Notes: a model not told the origin generated them from the sequence alone. DNA of 64,000 nt from a virus (IMGVR_UViG_3300014204_000185:2896-66895); one strand, 5' to 3'. Counted from the stretch's first letter, positions 28,301-38,406 are shown. Translations and numbers: made by a program.

Positions 28301-31300
28301 TAATCTCACAGCCGTCCAGCAAGCCCTTGTAGCCAGCGAAAGCAAGACCGTCAAGATGGCTTATACCATCAATGACAATCAAGGTCTCACATATTACTAC
28401 AACTGTGCGAATACGGTTTCTAACGGGTACTTCGATTCAGGTACGACCGGATGGGAGGCGACGAACTGCACCGTTGCATCCGTGGGTGGAGAGCTTGTTA
28501 TCACCCGCAACGGCGGTGCGTTTCAGGATGTGGCACAAACCGTTACCGGGAAACTAAGCACTTTTGTAGCGACGACATACAGGGTTTCCGTTAAGGTGAA
28601 ATCCGGAACTTCTGGAAATGAAGCGTTTACGGTTGTAGTTGATGACGGGGGTACTGGTGCGACAATTACCGGAACCTCCACAGCAACCAAAACGAGGCAT
28701 ACCGCGACGTTCGTTGCCGCGACTGCTGACTATACAATCACCGTTACTAAAAATTCAGCTACCGCCGGGACGATGAAGTTTGACGATATCGAAGTGACCC
28801 CCGTTGACAGTGTTGTGTTGACAGACCGTTCCGGGGTGACTCTCAGGAAGAACTCCGCGGAGTCCGGATTGATCGTACCATCGGATATCTCGTTTTCGAT
28901 TTCAAATAAGAATAACACCCTTGTTGCGTCTGATTTCCTTGGTCAGGGTGGCCTTGTCCTCGTTGAATGCTTCATGTCGAATGCTACGTATGGCGAAACT
29001 AAAATCTGCGGTTGGAAATTCAGGATAACGTCTGCAAGCCCAACCTACCAGAGCATTGCAATCGAAGCCGAAGATTTCATGCAAGCCTATCTGAAGGGTG
29101 ATTGTCCAAACAAGCTGATGCCCGAAGACATCTTTCCGTCGAGCCGGACGTATTCAAACACGGGAACCTGTATTCCTGTTACGTTCGGGACGGCTTTTAT
29201 TCCTCTGAGGGATGTTTACATTAATGGAGCGGTTTCCATCACATCTTCTGGGGTTGCCGCCGTCGCGTCGGTGAATGGGTCGCGGTGCAAATTCACGGAT
29301 ACCGGCAACGGTTTGGGCGTGATTGAACAAGGGCAACTCGTTACAGTCTCTGGACGGACCAACCCGGCCAATAATGGTGTGTTCACGGTCCTGTCTGTTG
29401 AAGCGGGACAGATCGAGATTGACGAAACGACTCTTGTAGATGAAGGAACGGGTGATTCTACTACCATCTCACACGGTAGTGCCTATGTGATGCTGGGATC
29501 TCCCGACAACACATACGTCATTACTGAGGTTCAGTCACCGCGCTCTTTGGGGGTGAAGTCTTCCTATCTTTCGAGTGCGTACACCTTCAATCAATATACC
29601 ATCGCCGATAAGGACGCCGTTGATTGGAGGATGTTCCAAGCGATCACTGCGGGGAATCCGGCGACGGCTCCGGGGTACTACTATAACGGGAATGTTACCC
29701 TTGACCCCCTTGTTAAGTTCAGTAGCTCAAACACGGCCATAGTAACTAATCCGGCGGATTGTCTCAATTTCACATTGCTTGATTACGGTCTTGAGTCTAA
29801 CCAAATCGACACGGCTGTTTCTTTTGCGGCGGCTCACATAACCTATGATGGCTGGGCGAGAGAAACCGAAACGGAGTTAATGCCGAATGTTGTCGATAGG
29901 GACTTTTCCGGGGCGTCAAATTGGAACAATTCCAGCATTAATTCCTACAACGAAACCGGTGACCTCTCAATCACGGCGAGCGTCAACGGGCAATATTGCT
30001 ACCTAACACAGAACAACGCCCCGACCGTTATCGGTCATACGTACAAGCTCACAACTTCCGTGGTCAACCTTGTCGGAACGTGGGTCATAATGGACTTCAC
30101 GGGAACGCAGACCTTGGCCACCATTATCACGGGTGGCGACGCGCAGGAGTTCATCTTTGTTGCGGACACCACGGGAGGTTTCAGAATCGTCGCCGGTGCC
30201 AGCAATTCAAGCGCGAATTTTGACGATTTCAGCCTGAAAGAAACCGGCCTTGCCTATAATGGTGGGTTTTGGAGCTACAAGACCCGCGAAAAGGCCCTTG
30301 CGGATCTACTCGTGCAATGCCATTCCTGTCTGGACATTGGTGAAACAATCGGCCTTAGAGTCCTGTCTAAGGCTTCACAGGCTACCTTTACGGGTGCAGA
30401 GGTTTTGCGTAAATCAGATCAGGGCAAGGGGACATTTACCTACACCCCGATAGTCAACACAGACTTGACGGACAGCGTGAACGTAGCTTGGCAGAAGTCT
30501 GGGGAACCGCAGGATTCGTTTCTTAAGGTAATCGTAGCTTGTGACGCAGCGGCGACGGTAAAATCAAAGGACGTTTTGGAATGCCAGTTCGTTCAGGACT
30601 CTAAGGCCGTTCAGAGAATTGGCAGGCTTTACGGGCAGCGTAAATACGGCAAAATCGCCACAATAGGGCTTACGTCGAAACTTACCCGTCTTGCTCTTCA
30701 GCCGGATGATGTTGTGACCATCGATGAACCGAATTACGGCGGGACGTACAATGTCGTGATCGACTCGATGACGATCACGGATACGGAGATAAAGTTTACC
30801 GCGACAAGATATTCATGGGCGTTTGATGATTGGGATGACATTGCCCCTTCAACCCTTACCATCCCAACCGATACCACGCCCTACGCTTGGCAACCGACTA
30901 TCTCCGGCCCGCAGACCGATCAGGACATCGGCAGAAGCGCCTTTGATGTTTGGGGCAAGGAATGGCTCACGGTCGGTCCTCTGGCTAATGGTGGCAAGTT
31001 TACCGACATCCAAAAAGCCCTTAATGCGGTCAAGCAGGCCGGTGGTGGGGCGATCTATCTTTTGAACGGTACTTATCAGCAGACGGCTCCGCTTTATGTT
31101 CCCGATGTCAATCTGGAGTTTGTGGGGCAGTCGCGGGGCGGGGTGGTTCTGAAGAATCTGGCAGATCAAAATTTGTTTGTTCTTCATAACACAACAAAGA
31201 TGTTCACGTTCTCGCAATTTTCCCTTGAAAGCCAGAACGTAAATACAAACTCAGTAATTATTTATGTTTATGGTGATTCCGCTTCCCAAAATACATCTAC

Positions 31301-32090
31301 GGTAAGCGTAGAAAATATTTCCGCAACGCTTTCAATAACTGGGGATATTTTGTGTGCTGTCATTTGTGGGGAAAGCGGGACCGTTTCATTATCGAAGAGC
31401 CGAATAACGAACGGACGGGCCTTTCTGTCACAACTATACAACGGAGCGATTAGGGTAATAAATAACGATATGTTTGATGGAAATTACTCAACAATCTTGG
31501 AAAATGCACAAACAGCGACCGTTTTTGGGAATAACTACGCTGATTGTGAAACACCAATATATATCAATGAGACATCACAGGGAACCACTATTTCGGAAAA
31601 TACCATTCAGGGCATTATGAGTTCCACGCCCATAGTGATAACATCAACGTCGGGTACTGGGACTGTCAAGGGAGCTATGGTTAGCGGAAACATAATCGAA
31701 GCAATCTTATCAAATTACAAGTCGGGAATAATTGCCGCATATTGCATAAGTCCTCAAATAAACAAAAATAGAATCAACATCCAATATGAAAGTGATTGCG
31801 CGGGGAGTGGCATTTATATAACAGACACGAATGGGGGCACGTGTTCCGGGAACGGGGTAATTGGAAATGCCGATGATGGGTTTGAGGGAATTAGCATTAA
31901 TGCATCGTCTTCTGGCAATGTTGTCTCTGGGAACAACATAGACTGCACCAACAATGGGGCAAATGACGTTGGGATTTACATTGCGTCGGGATGTAACAAC
32001 AATCAGGGCGGGGATAATATAACATCCAACGCAGGAACGGGAATATATAACAATGGCACCGGCAACAACGTCACCGGGAAGGACATCTAA
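28293..32090 (+). CDS. tail tip / receptor-binding protein with two CBM-like inserts and C-terminal beta-helix
   Basis: 1265 aa; NGYFDSG..GW...FDDIEV and DRDFSG..NW...FDDFSLKE modules; Asn/Gly-rich ISGN/GNNI repeats at C-terminus. Confidence 0.75.
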   Translation: MLSNLTAVQQALVASESKTVKMAYTINDNQGLTYYYNCANTVSNGYFDSGTTGWEATNCTVASVGGELVITRNGGAFQDVAQTVTGKLSTFVATTYRVSVKVKSGTSGNEAFTVVVDDGGTGATITGTSTATKTRHTATFVAATADYTITVTKNSATAGTMKFDDIEVTPVDSVVLTDRSGVTLRKNSAESGLIVPSDISFSISNKNNTLVASDFLGQGGLVLVECFMSNATYGETKICGWKFRITSASPTYQSIAIEAEDFMQAYLKGDCPNKLMPEDIFPSSRTYSNTGTCIPVTFGTAFIPLRDVYINGAVSITSSGVAAVASVNGSRCKFTDTGNGLGVIEQGQLVTVSGRTNPANNGVFTVLSVEAGQIEIDETTLVDEGTGDSTTISHGSAYVMLGSPDNTYVITEVQSPRSLGVKSSYLSSAYTFNQYTIADKDAVDWRMFQAITAGNPATAPGYYYNGNVTLDPLVKFSSSNTAIVTNPADCLNFTLLDYGLESNQIDTAVSFAAAHITYDGWARETETELMPNVVDRDFSGASNWNNSSINSYNETGDLSITASVNGQYCYLTQNNAPTVIGHTYKLTTSVVNLVGTWVIMDFTGTQTLATIITGGDAQEFIFVADTTGGFRIVAGASNSSANFDDFSLKETGLAYNGGFWSYKTREKALADLLVQCHSCLDIGETIGLRVLSKASQATFTGAEVLRKSDQGKGTFTYTPIVNTDLTDSVNVAWQKSGEPQDSFLKVIVACDAAATVKSKDVLECQFVQDSKAVQRIGRLYGQRKYGKIATIGLTSKLTRLALQPDDVVTIDEPNYGGTYNVVIDSMTITDTEIKFTATRYSWAFDDWDDIAPSTLTIPTDTTPYAWQPTISGPQTDQDIGRSAFDVWGKEWLTVGPLANGGKFTDIQKALNAVKQAGGGAIYLLNGTYQQTAPLYVPDVNLEFVGQSRGGVVLKNLADQNLFVLHNTTKMFTFSQFSLESQNVNTNSVIIYVYGDSASQNTSTVSVENISATLSITGDILCAVICGESGTVSLSKSRITNGRAFLSQLYNGAIRVINNDMFDGNYSTILENAQTATVFGNNYADCETPIYINETSQGTTISENTIQGIMSSTPIVITSTSGTGTVKGAMVSGNIIEAILSNYKSGIIAAYCISPQINKNRINIQYESDCAGSGIYITDTNGGTCSGNGVIGNADDGFEGISINASSSGNVVSGNNIDCTNNGANDVGIYIASGCNNNQGGDNITSNAGTGIYNNGTGNNVTGKDI

Positions 32091-32563
32091 TGGCACACTG
32101 CGCGATATACGTAAAAGGCTCAGACGAGATAAGATACTTCATTCGGGACTGTGTTCAAATCGGGAGAGACTTCAAGGGCTCCAACGGCTCCGTTACGGGT
32201 GTCAAAGAACGCCTCTTTGACGTTGTGTGGACTGACGACGATGTAAGTGTCGCCTTGGCAGAAGAAAAGGCCGTGGAGGGCAACGTCGATAGAAAAAGTC
32301 ACCAAAAGGAAATACTATTCACCCGTAAAGTATCCGAACTTACCCCAGCGAGGGTTTATCAGGGGAAAGTCGTCTCAAGTCGGGATGACGTGAACGCCGT
32401 TACGAGGAACTTGATCGCTAAGATCTACTCCCCGACCGACGAAATCAAGATCCTACGGGAGTTTATCGCCACCGGGAAAGACGACGAATTGAAAGCATAT
32501 CAATCTGCTGTTGAGGGACTCGTAAAGGCTGGCCGGGAGTTCAAGGAGAAGGAGTTCAGGTAG
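32090..32563 (+). CDS. hypothetical protein (possible fibre chaperone)
   Basis: last + strand gene of tail module. Confidence 0.55.
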   Translation: MAHCAIYVKGSDEIRYFIRDCVQIGRDFKGSNGSVTGVKERLFDVVWTDDDVSVALAEEKAVEGNVDRKSHQKEILFTRKVSELTPARVYQGKVVSSRDDVNAVTRNLIAKIYSPTDEIKILREFIATGKDDELKAYQSAVEGLVKAGREFKEKEFR

Positions 32564-32569
32564 AACAAC

Positions 32570-32650
32570 ACCCGCCACGCCTCTGACTAAGTGGGTCACA
32601 GTATCATCCCGGACGTTCCGGCCCCACAAAGCAAGCGCACCCCGGCGGGT
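32570..32650. other. multi-stem structured element at convergence of operons
   Basis: ACCCGCC/GGCGGGT closing stem with TGAC/GTCA and CCGGA/TCCGG hairpins. Confidence 0.5.
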
Positions 32651-32958
32651 TACTTTATAACCTCTATCCGCACCTTGACGACCCTCATTGGCAAATCCGG
32701 ATAATGGGATTTCGTTATCTTTACAGCCTCCCTGATTTTTCTCCGCGAGTCTGTCAATACCGGACCATTAAAGTCCCTAAGAAGCGTCCCGTCTTTGCAT
32801 TCTATTCCCCACGCTATTTCCATCATCACTCCTCCATGTTCAATTACATCCAGCAACGCCGACACGTCACGCATCTTGATCGCAGGCCACCCGTCTGGTG
32901 CGTGATCCTGTTCGAGTAGGCGGAGTCTGGATACTAACTCGCTAATGGATTCTTTCAT
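32650..32958 (-). CDS. hypothetical protein
   Basis: ORF in coupled - strand run. Confidence 0.55.
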   Translation of the reverse strand: MKESISELVSRLRLLEQDHAPDGWPAIKMRDVSALLDVIEHGGVMMEIAWGIECKDGTLLRDFNGPVLTDSRRKIREAVKITKSHYPDLPMRVVKVRIEVIK

Positions 32959-33263
32959 TCCTTACCTCTCCTCCACTCCACCACCAGCCGGATGAAGGTG
33001 TGCGGGTCGGTTAGCCATTCTGTAAACCAGCTTTCCGCATCACAGGAGCTTGGCATCTGAAGGGTGTCATCGTTCATCCAGACATCGTGGGCATATATAA
33101 TGAACTTATACCACTCTGCCCGCTTCACGATCTCGTTGCGGAGGGCAGCAGCGATAAGAGCTTGCCTTTCATCTTCGCTTAGTAGGACACGCTGAAATAA
33201 CATGGAAAATAGCAAGTCGTTCCCCATATATTTTTCAAGCATCTTCCGGTCGAATTCTGTCAT
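32955..33263 (-). CDS. hypothetical protein
   Basis: GGAGG RBS; coupled. Confidence 0.6.
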   Translation of the reverse strand: MTEFDRKMLEKYMGNDLLFSMLFQRVLLSEDERQALIAAALRNEIVKRAEWYKFIIYAHDVWMNDDTLQMPSSCDAESWFTEWLTDPHTFIRLVVEWRRGKE

Positions 33264-33419
33264 GGCGTTACCTCCATATAAGTAATGATACCATTCCGAA
33301 AACAGCCCCTATTGCCATTACAATATATTGCTGTCTGTAAAAGAAGTTCCTCTTTTCATCCAATATATGCCCAACCGCAACCCACGCCGTTAGCCAAAGT
33401 ATAAGCAAAGCAATCTCCT

Positions 33420-33737
33420 TCATCTCCCCTCCTGCGCGGCCTTGATTGCCGCTTTGATTATCTTGATTTCACATTTACAACTATCAAGAGATACGCTTCC
33501 GTTTTGATGCCACATTTCCGACGGAAGAACGCTAACGCACTCAAAGCGATGAGTCATTCTCGGGAGAGCTTTCTCTAATTCCTCCTGCAGCCCGTCCGCC
33601 CTCCCGTGGGCTTCCTTAAATTTACTATACATTCTATCGAAGTCTTTGTGCTGATTCTCAATCTTCTCGTTGGCGGCGGCGAGTTTCGCTTTGAAGTCTT
33701 CGATTTCATGCTCGTACATTTCTACTAATGCGTCCAT
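33420..33737 (-). CDS. coiled-coil hypothetical protein
   Basis: RBS; heptad pattern. Confidence 0.55.
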   Translation of the reverse strand: MDALVEMYEHEIEDFKAKLAAANEKIENQHKDFDRMYSKFKEAHGRADGLQEELEKALPRMTHRFECVSVLPSEMWHQNGSVSLDSCKCEIKIIKAAIKAAQEGR

Positions 33738-34167
33738 CACTCCCTCCTCAGCCATTTCAGCGCGGCCTTTGCGAGTGCGCCGGGTTCAAGTATATAGTCG
33801 TGTCTGATATAAAACATTTGACAGGTGCCCCTTCGTGAGCCCAAAATCCGATCCTTTTCGAGAACTCCGGCCAATCCTCCCTCCCCATCATCACCCTCAG
33901 CAACGCTACCGGGTCGGAGTGGTAGTCGGGGTTTGGATGCTTGGCCGGGCAATCCTCATTGTCGCAGTGGGCACAGTCAAGATCAAGCGACACAGTGCAT
34001 ATAACTTCCCTTGTCTCGTTCCACTTTCCGCCCGACCTCTCCACAATCTCCCGGTTGACCTCGCCGGGAGTCATCTGGTCGATGGACTTGTGGTTCAACT
34101 TTTGCTTCTGTTCATCCTCAGTATCGGCCAGTCCATACTGACAATCTCGTGGATCGATTTCTCTCAT
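33737..34167 (-). pseudogene. hypothetical gene with apparent 1-nt deletion
   Basis: ...PVKCF frame joins YIRHDYILEPGALAKAALKWL frame if the T4 run at 33811-33814 were T5. Confidence 0.4.
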
Positions 34168-34547
34168 ACTCCCTCCTGTTGGCACAAAGCCTTGAGAATG
34201 GCGAGGTGAGGTAAGCACCATTCTGTCGAAAATCCCGACAGCCGCCTGTCTGTCATCCCGAAGATATACCAATCACCATCATTAGGGGTATGTGTTGAGA
34301 ATAAATCCCAATCCACCATCCCCCACAGCCCTCTCTCCGGGTTGCGGTCGTCTATCGTGGCGGGGTAGCGGAGAGGAGTGCGTGATCCATTGATGCGCCC
34401 AATATTTATAAACTCAGCATCAATAACTATTCCAGGTTCACATCCATCATCAATTCCCCAGTCTCCATCCAACCATGCTTTCATCCTTTTCTCAAAGAAC
34501 GGCTGCAACCTCTTTAGTAAATCAAGTTCTTCATCGGTGATCTTCAC
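34164..34547 (-). CDS. hypothetical protein
   Basis: GTG start with AGGAGG RBS. Confidence 0.6.
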   Translation of the reverse strand: MKITDEELDLLKRLQPFFEKRMKAWLDGDWGIDDGCEPGIVIDAEFINIGRINGSRTPLRYPATIDDRNPERGLWGMVDWDLFSTHTPNDGDWYIFGMTDRRLSGFSTEWCLPHLAILKALCQQEGV

Positions 34548-34556
34548 GGCTTCCTC

Positions 34557-34724
34557 CTATCGGACACGATACCCGCTTGCGTTTGCCGCCTTATATGCTT
34601 GCAATTCCGAATCAAGAAATCCCCCTATCCGCTCCTTTGTATCATCCGCCAATGCTACCCAATACCCGGTCCTGTCCTTATACACACAAGCTGTTTTCGT
34701 TGCTGTTTTCGTTGTAGTGCTCAT
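34557..34724 (-). CDS. hypothetical protein
   Basis: coupled ORF, MSTTTK start. Confidence 0.5.
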   Translation of the reverse strand: MSTTTKTATKTACVYKDRTGYWVALADDTKERIGGFLDSELQAYKAANASGYRVR

Positions 34725-35104
34725 CCCTTCCCCTCCCTCCCTTCGAGCCAGATTTTCAGGTCGATGGCCGCGTCGGCTGGGTTGGTGCTGCGATAGCTTA
34801 TAGAGAACTGCGACATATCCCAATCGAAATAGCCGACGATCGTTTCTTGGTCATGCTTCTCGCATACAAGAGTTGTGCAAACGCCATGACTATCCGGCAA
34901 CTCCCTCCACACCTCAGCGAGAGACGGGGCGGGAATGCGGTGCAGGCATTTCATAACACCTGACTCATCTCTTGAGAGTATCCATCTTTCTCTCTCTTGG
35001 TTCATTTCAGGAATTAGATACCAATGTGCTTCCGTCTCCATCACAATCCCAGCCTTTTGCAGCCTCTCGGCGGCTGGACGGGTGCAGTAGTTAAGTTCGT
35101 TCAT
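34721..35104 (-). CDS. hypothetical phage protein
   Basis: GGAGG RBS; IPAPSLAEVWRELP...NPADAAIDL. Confidence 0.6.
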   Translation of the reverse strand: MNELNYCTRPAAERLQKAGIVMETEAHWYLIPEMNQERERWILSRDESGVMKCLHRIPAPSLAEVWRELPDSHGVCTTLVCEKHDQETIVGYFDWDMSQFSISYRSTNPADAAIDLKIWLEGREGKG

Positions 35105-35508
35105 GATGCCTCCTACATAAAACTCAGATGAACTATCATAAAAGTGCAACACACCATTCCAAGAGCGAGAATAGTGACAGTGATGAATGATAGCCTATAT
35201 AGAGCATCAACCAATTTCTGAATTGCCTCATGGTGTCTGTCGTAGAAATAGAATAGTGCGTTCATGCTCCCCACCTCCATACCACTGCCAAAACAATCAA
35301 GACCGCCACCGTAACCAGCCAGTAGATTAGCCCGTAGTACCATAGACGGGGACGGAAGATGACGAGTGATGCGTCATTCAGATCAACGGGCATCCAAGCG
35401 TGATCGTCCTCTGACCAGCGTAGCAATAAATCAATACCAGTGTTGAAGTGATGTACAGAGATAACCCCCGGAGCGTATTTCGCCCCCATCCCCCACGGTG
35501 CTTCTCGT

Positions 35509-35751
35509 TCATTCAGCGGCATCAGATTCCTCCCTGAAGTGGATCTCAGAAACGTCGAGAGCATTGACTGTCGCTATCAATTTTCCGTTTCTCGTAATCT
35601 CAATAAATGGTTCGGAGTTGTCAGCATAGAATCCGTAGGGCATTCCTATAAACGTCTCTCCGTCTTTGGGTTTGATATAGCCGTATCCTTCGCCACAACG
35701 GTCTATCGGTAGGTATTCGCTGATCTTCAATCTCTTATTTCCGTGTATCAT
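35509..35751 (-). CDS. hypothetical protein
   Basis: ORF in - run. Confidence 0.5.
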   Translation of the reverse strand: MIHGNKRLKISEYLPIDRCGEGYGYIKPKDGETFIGMPYGFYADNSEPFIEITRNGKLIATVNALDVSEIHFREESDAAE

Positions 35752-36301
35752 CTTCGGCCTCCCTCTCCCCGTATTCCTCAGTCATTGCAAGGATTCCATC
35801 TGGATCGCTATCGATCTCCTTCTTCCCGCTGAGTGCAGTTTCTTCCAGCCCTTTCAATGTCATTTTTCTTCTCTTTATCGCCTCGAAAAAGTCTGGATAC
35901 CGTTTAACGATGTCTCTCATATTAACCGACACCTTCTTATTGCTTATGAGTTCGGCTTGAATTGACAGCGCAGTTTGAATTGATACATACCCATTATGTA
36001 CTTCAATAGACTCGTCATGTCTTTTGAACCAATCTCGATAAGCAAGCAGTTCATCACCTAACATTTTACCGTTCAGGGTTAGTTGATTTATATCCTCAAG
36101 CAGCCTATCCCGCTCGGCGGTCAGCACGACAATCTGCTGATACAGTCCAAGCGCCGCCGCATTGTTCTCGATCTCGTTGGCCACTAAGATGGCGATTCTT
36201 TCGTCTTTCTCTCTATTAGCCTTCTCAAGGGCGGCGATCTTATTCCCCTTCTCTATTCCGTCGTCGTAAAGCAGGTTCGACTCCGCTACCAACCTCGCCA
36301 C
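35735..36301 (-). CDS. coiled-coil hypothetical protein (possibly the C-terminus of 36240-36557)
   Basis: 188-aa ORF; weak GTG start. Confidence 0.5.
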   Translation of the reverse strand: MARLVAESNLLYDDGIEKGNKIAALEKANREKDERIAILVANEIENNAAALGLYQQIVVLTAERDRLLEDINQLTLNGKMLGDELLAYRDWFKRHDESIEVHNGYVSIQTALSIQAELISNKKVSVNMRDIVKRYPDFFEAIKRRKMTLKGLEETALSGKKEIDSDPDGILAMTEEYGEREAEDDTRK

Positions 36302-36557
36302 CGCCTTCTATTAATTTTCTAAGATCCGCCATGAACGACCTTCCGCAAGTATCACAAACAGAAGGTTCCTTTTTCCTCTGATATTTACGATTACATTCTT
36401 TGCAGGCATAGTGTAGACCATCTTTTCTACTCTTGTCTCTATAAAACTCAGACAGAGGTTTTTTTGTTTTGCACATGGAGCATTCTTTCTCTGCTCCAGT
36501 AGGGACTATGGCATTTGGGGCAGACGTTGACTTTTGGCTTTCTTGCAATCCATTCAT
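36240..36557 (-). CDS. Zn-finger protein resembling the N-terminus of HNH/endonuclease VII proteins
   Basis: KECSMCKTKKPLSEFY.DKSRKDGLHYACKEC. Confidence 0.6.
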   Translation of the reverse strand: MNGLQESQKSTSAPNAIVPTGAEKECSMCKTKKPLSEFYRDKSRKDGLHYACKECNRKYQRKKEPSVCDTCGRSFMADLRKLIEGGGEVGSGVEPALRRRNREGE

Positions 36558-36769
36558 GAAGGCACCTCTTACAATGTAGTTTTGTTATCTTGATTTCCAT
36601 GCCTTCTCACTTACCATGATAATATGATTATGGTCAAGCCTTTTCTTTTTGAAAGCCGGACATCCGATCCTTCCTTATCGAGATCTCCACCATGCAACGC
36701 CGATCATTAAGGCCAACGCACATATTGACAGAAATGTTCTCCATTCGGAGCATGGCGTCCAGTCTATGG

Positions 36770-36919
36770 TCATTTCGCCCTCTCTAATTTAACGAGGTCG
36801 CACATCTCCAACAAAAGTCCATTTTGCAAATCATCGAAAATGATTTCCTTGTCTGTGTCCCAATACGCTTCCACCGTTTCGGGGTCTGTAATTTCAAGCA
36901 CGATGATGATCTTTTTCAT
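36770..36919 (-). CDS. small hypothetical protein
   Basis: MKKIIIVLEI start; ATGA overlap. Confidence 0.45.
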   Translation of the reverse strand: MKKIIIVLEITDPETVEAYWDTDKEIIFDDLQNGLLLEMCDLVKLERAK

Positions 36920-37590
36920 ACCTTCTCCAATTCGTATCTCCATACCCACTGATTCAAAGCGCAACTTCCGGGGTGGCGGGAGTTCCAATCATACCGAAAC
37001 TCGTCTTTTTCGTTTGCCAGCATTGTATCCCCGCACGGATTCCCGTTACGATAAATTTCATCTCGGCGCGTATTGTGTGGCTTGTTCCCGTCTTGATATA
37101 TAAGCCAAGAGCAATCGAACCCCATCAGCTTCGCCTCATCTTCCGTGATCTCCCTTACCCTCTTCGCCGTCACGGACACTCTGACCTTGAAGCGGCTGGC
37201 CCACTCCGGCATGGTGACGGCTCGATATTTCAACCAATCTCTTACGGGACGCCAGTGACAGGAAAGGTCGGGCATTTCGTCGAATACCCTGACAGCTTGG
37301 TCCGATTCGTACCTTATCCTTCCCCCATATTCACGGCCATGTGCGATAACCGAAAAATCTTCCCCGATGAACACGACCTCGCCGGGGCGGTAGGGAGCTT
37401 TGAACGTGCGCGGAGAATCCATCCGGTTATCAGGAAGCCAATATGCCCACTCTTCCTACTTATTGTATCTATCGCAATAGATACCGGGATCGTTTGAAAT
37501 CGGTTGATCCTTGCACCTCACCACATGCAGGCTCTTCCGTCCCGCGATGAAGGCGGCCATGTCTAAATCTGATAAAGGCAGGCGTTTCAT
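36916..37590 (-). pseudogene. ASCH/PUA-like phage protein interrupted by an in-frame TAG
   Basis: N-part AFIAGRKSLHVVRCKDQP and C-part APYRPGEVVFIGEDF...MPEWASR...WVWRYE are in one frame separated by TAG at 37456-37458. Confidence 0.55.
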
Positions 37591-37850
37591 GGGGTCACAA
37601 CTTTCCTTCTCACGGTTATTTTCGTTCCCTTGTCGATAGGGATACTGTATTGGGTTGTATTGCAATCAATGGCGATCTTCTCCAGCGCAAGCGCGGCGGC
37701 CATGCCCACGATTCCGTTGAATCCAACGCCGTCGTGCAACTTTGTCGCGAGATTGCGAACGCCACGCGCAATGGTTGCATCGCTCCATTCAAGGAACGTC
37801 GGCGCGGCCAGCTCTTCCGGTGTCAATGTCTTGTCGAAGTCATCTATCAT
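37587..37850 (-). CDS. hypothetical protein
   Basis: coupled ORF. Confidence 0.55.
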   Translation of the reverse strand: MIDDFDKTLTPEELAAPTFLEWSDATIARGVRNLATKLHDGVGFNGIVGMAAALALEKIAIDCNTTQYSIPIDKGTKITVRRKVVTP

Positions 37851-38098
37851 CTCCCCATCCTTTCAATCTCCCTCATAAGGGCAAGGTGAGCCTCATAGCA
37901 AACGCTGAAGATGGTAAGCATCTCCGGGGTCTGTTGGTCTGGCTGAATTACTTCCCGCCGTAAGCTACCGTCCGTCCTGTCCTGCACAATTACATATATT
38001 GGGGCGTTCGCCCATCCGGGGCCGCTGCATCGTTCGGGGTAGGCCGTTACGATGTAATCTGTCGCCTTCAGGTTCAGCTGGTTCTTGCGCGGCTTCAT
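37847..38098 (-). CDS. hypothetical protein
   Basis: coupled ORF. Confidence 0.55.
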   Translation of the reverse strand: MKPRKNQLNLKATDYIVTAYPERCSGPGWANAPIYVIVQDRTDGSLRREVIQPDQQTPEMLTIFSVCYEAHLALMREIERMGR

Positions 38099-38406
38099 GG
38101 GGTCTCCTTACTCGGATTTTCGGGTATTCCTTGAATGTGCAGAAATAACGAGCGATGTCCGTGTTCTCTCGCGTAGCGTTGCACCCACATCCAAAGTGAA
38201 TCAACATTGCCCTTTGTTTGCGCGGCTACGTTAGCCATTTTGATAGCAAGGCCGGTGTTCTCTTGCATATATGCGGTTCGTCCGGTTTCTCCCGGCTCCC
38301 ATTCCACGACAGCAAGAAATGATAGCCCGTGATCGTGGGCCTCTTTCGCAATCTCCCGCAGTTTTGGTGCAACATGTTTATCATACCAGCGTTCGCCGTC
38401 GTTCAT
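38095..38406 (-). CDS. hypothetical phage protein
   Basis: E.WYD..VAPKL...C/H G.SF pattern; coupled. Confidence 0.6.
   Translation of the reverse strand: MNDGERWYDKHVAPKLREIAKEAHDHGLSFLAVVEWEPGETGRTAYMQENTGLAIKMANVAAQTKGNVDSLWMWVQRYAREHGHRSLFLHIQGIPENPSKETP

Noticed and set aside
37456-37458. Genome-wide TAG reassignment
   Set aside because: Other genes end cleanly at TAG (e.g. 21829, 32563, 56727) and long genes are uninterrupted; no CTA-anticodon tRNA seen.
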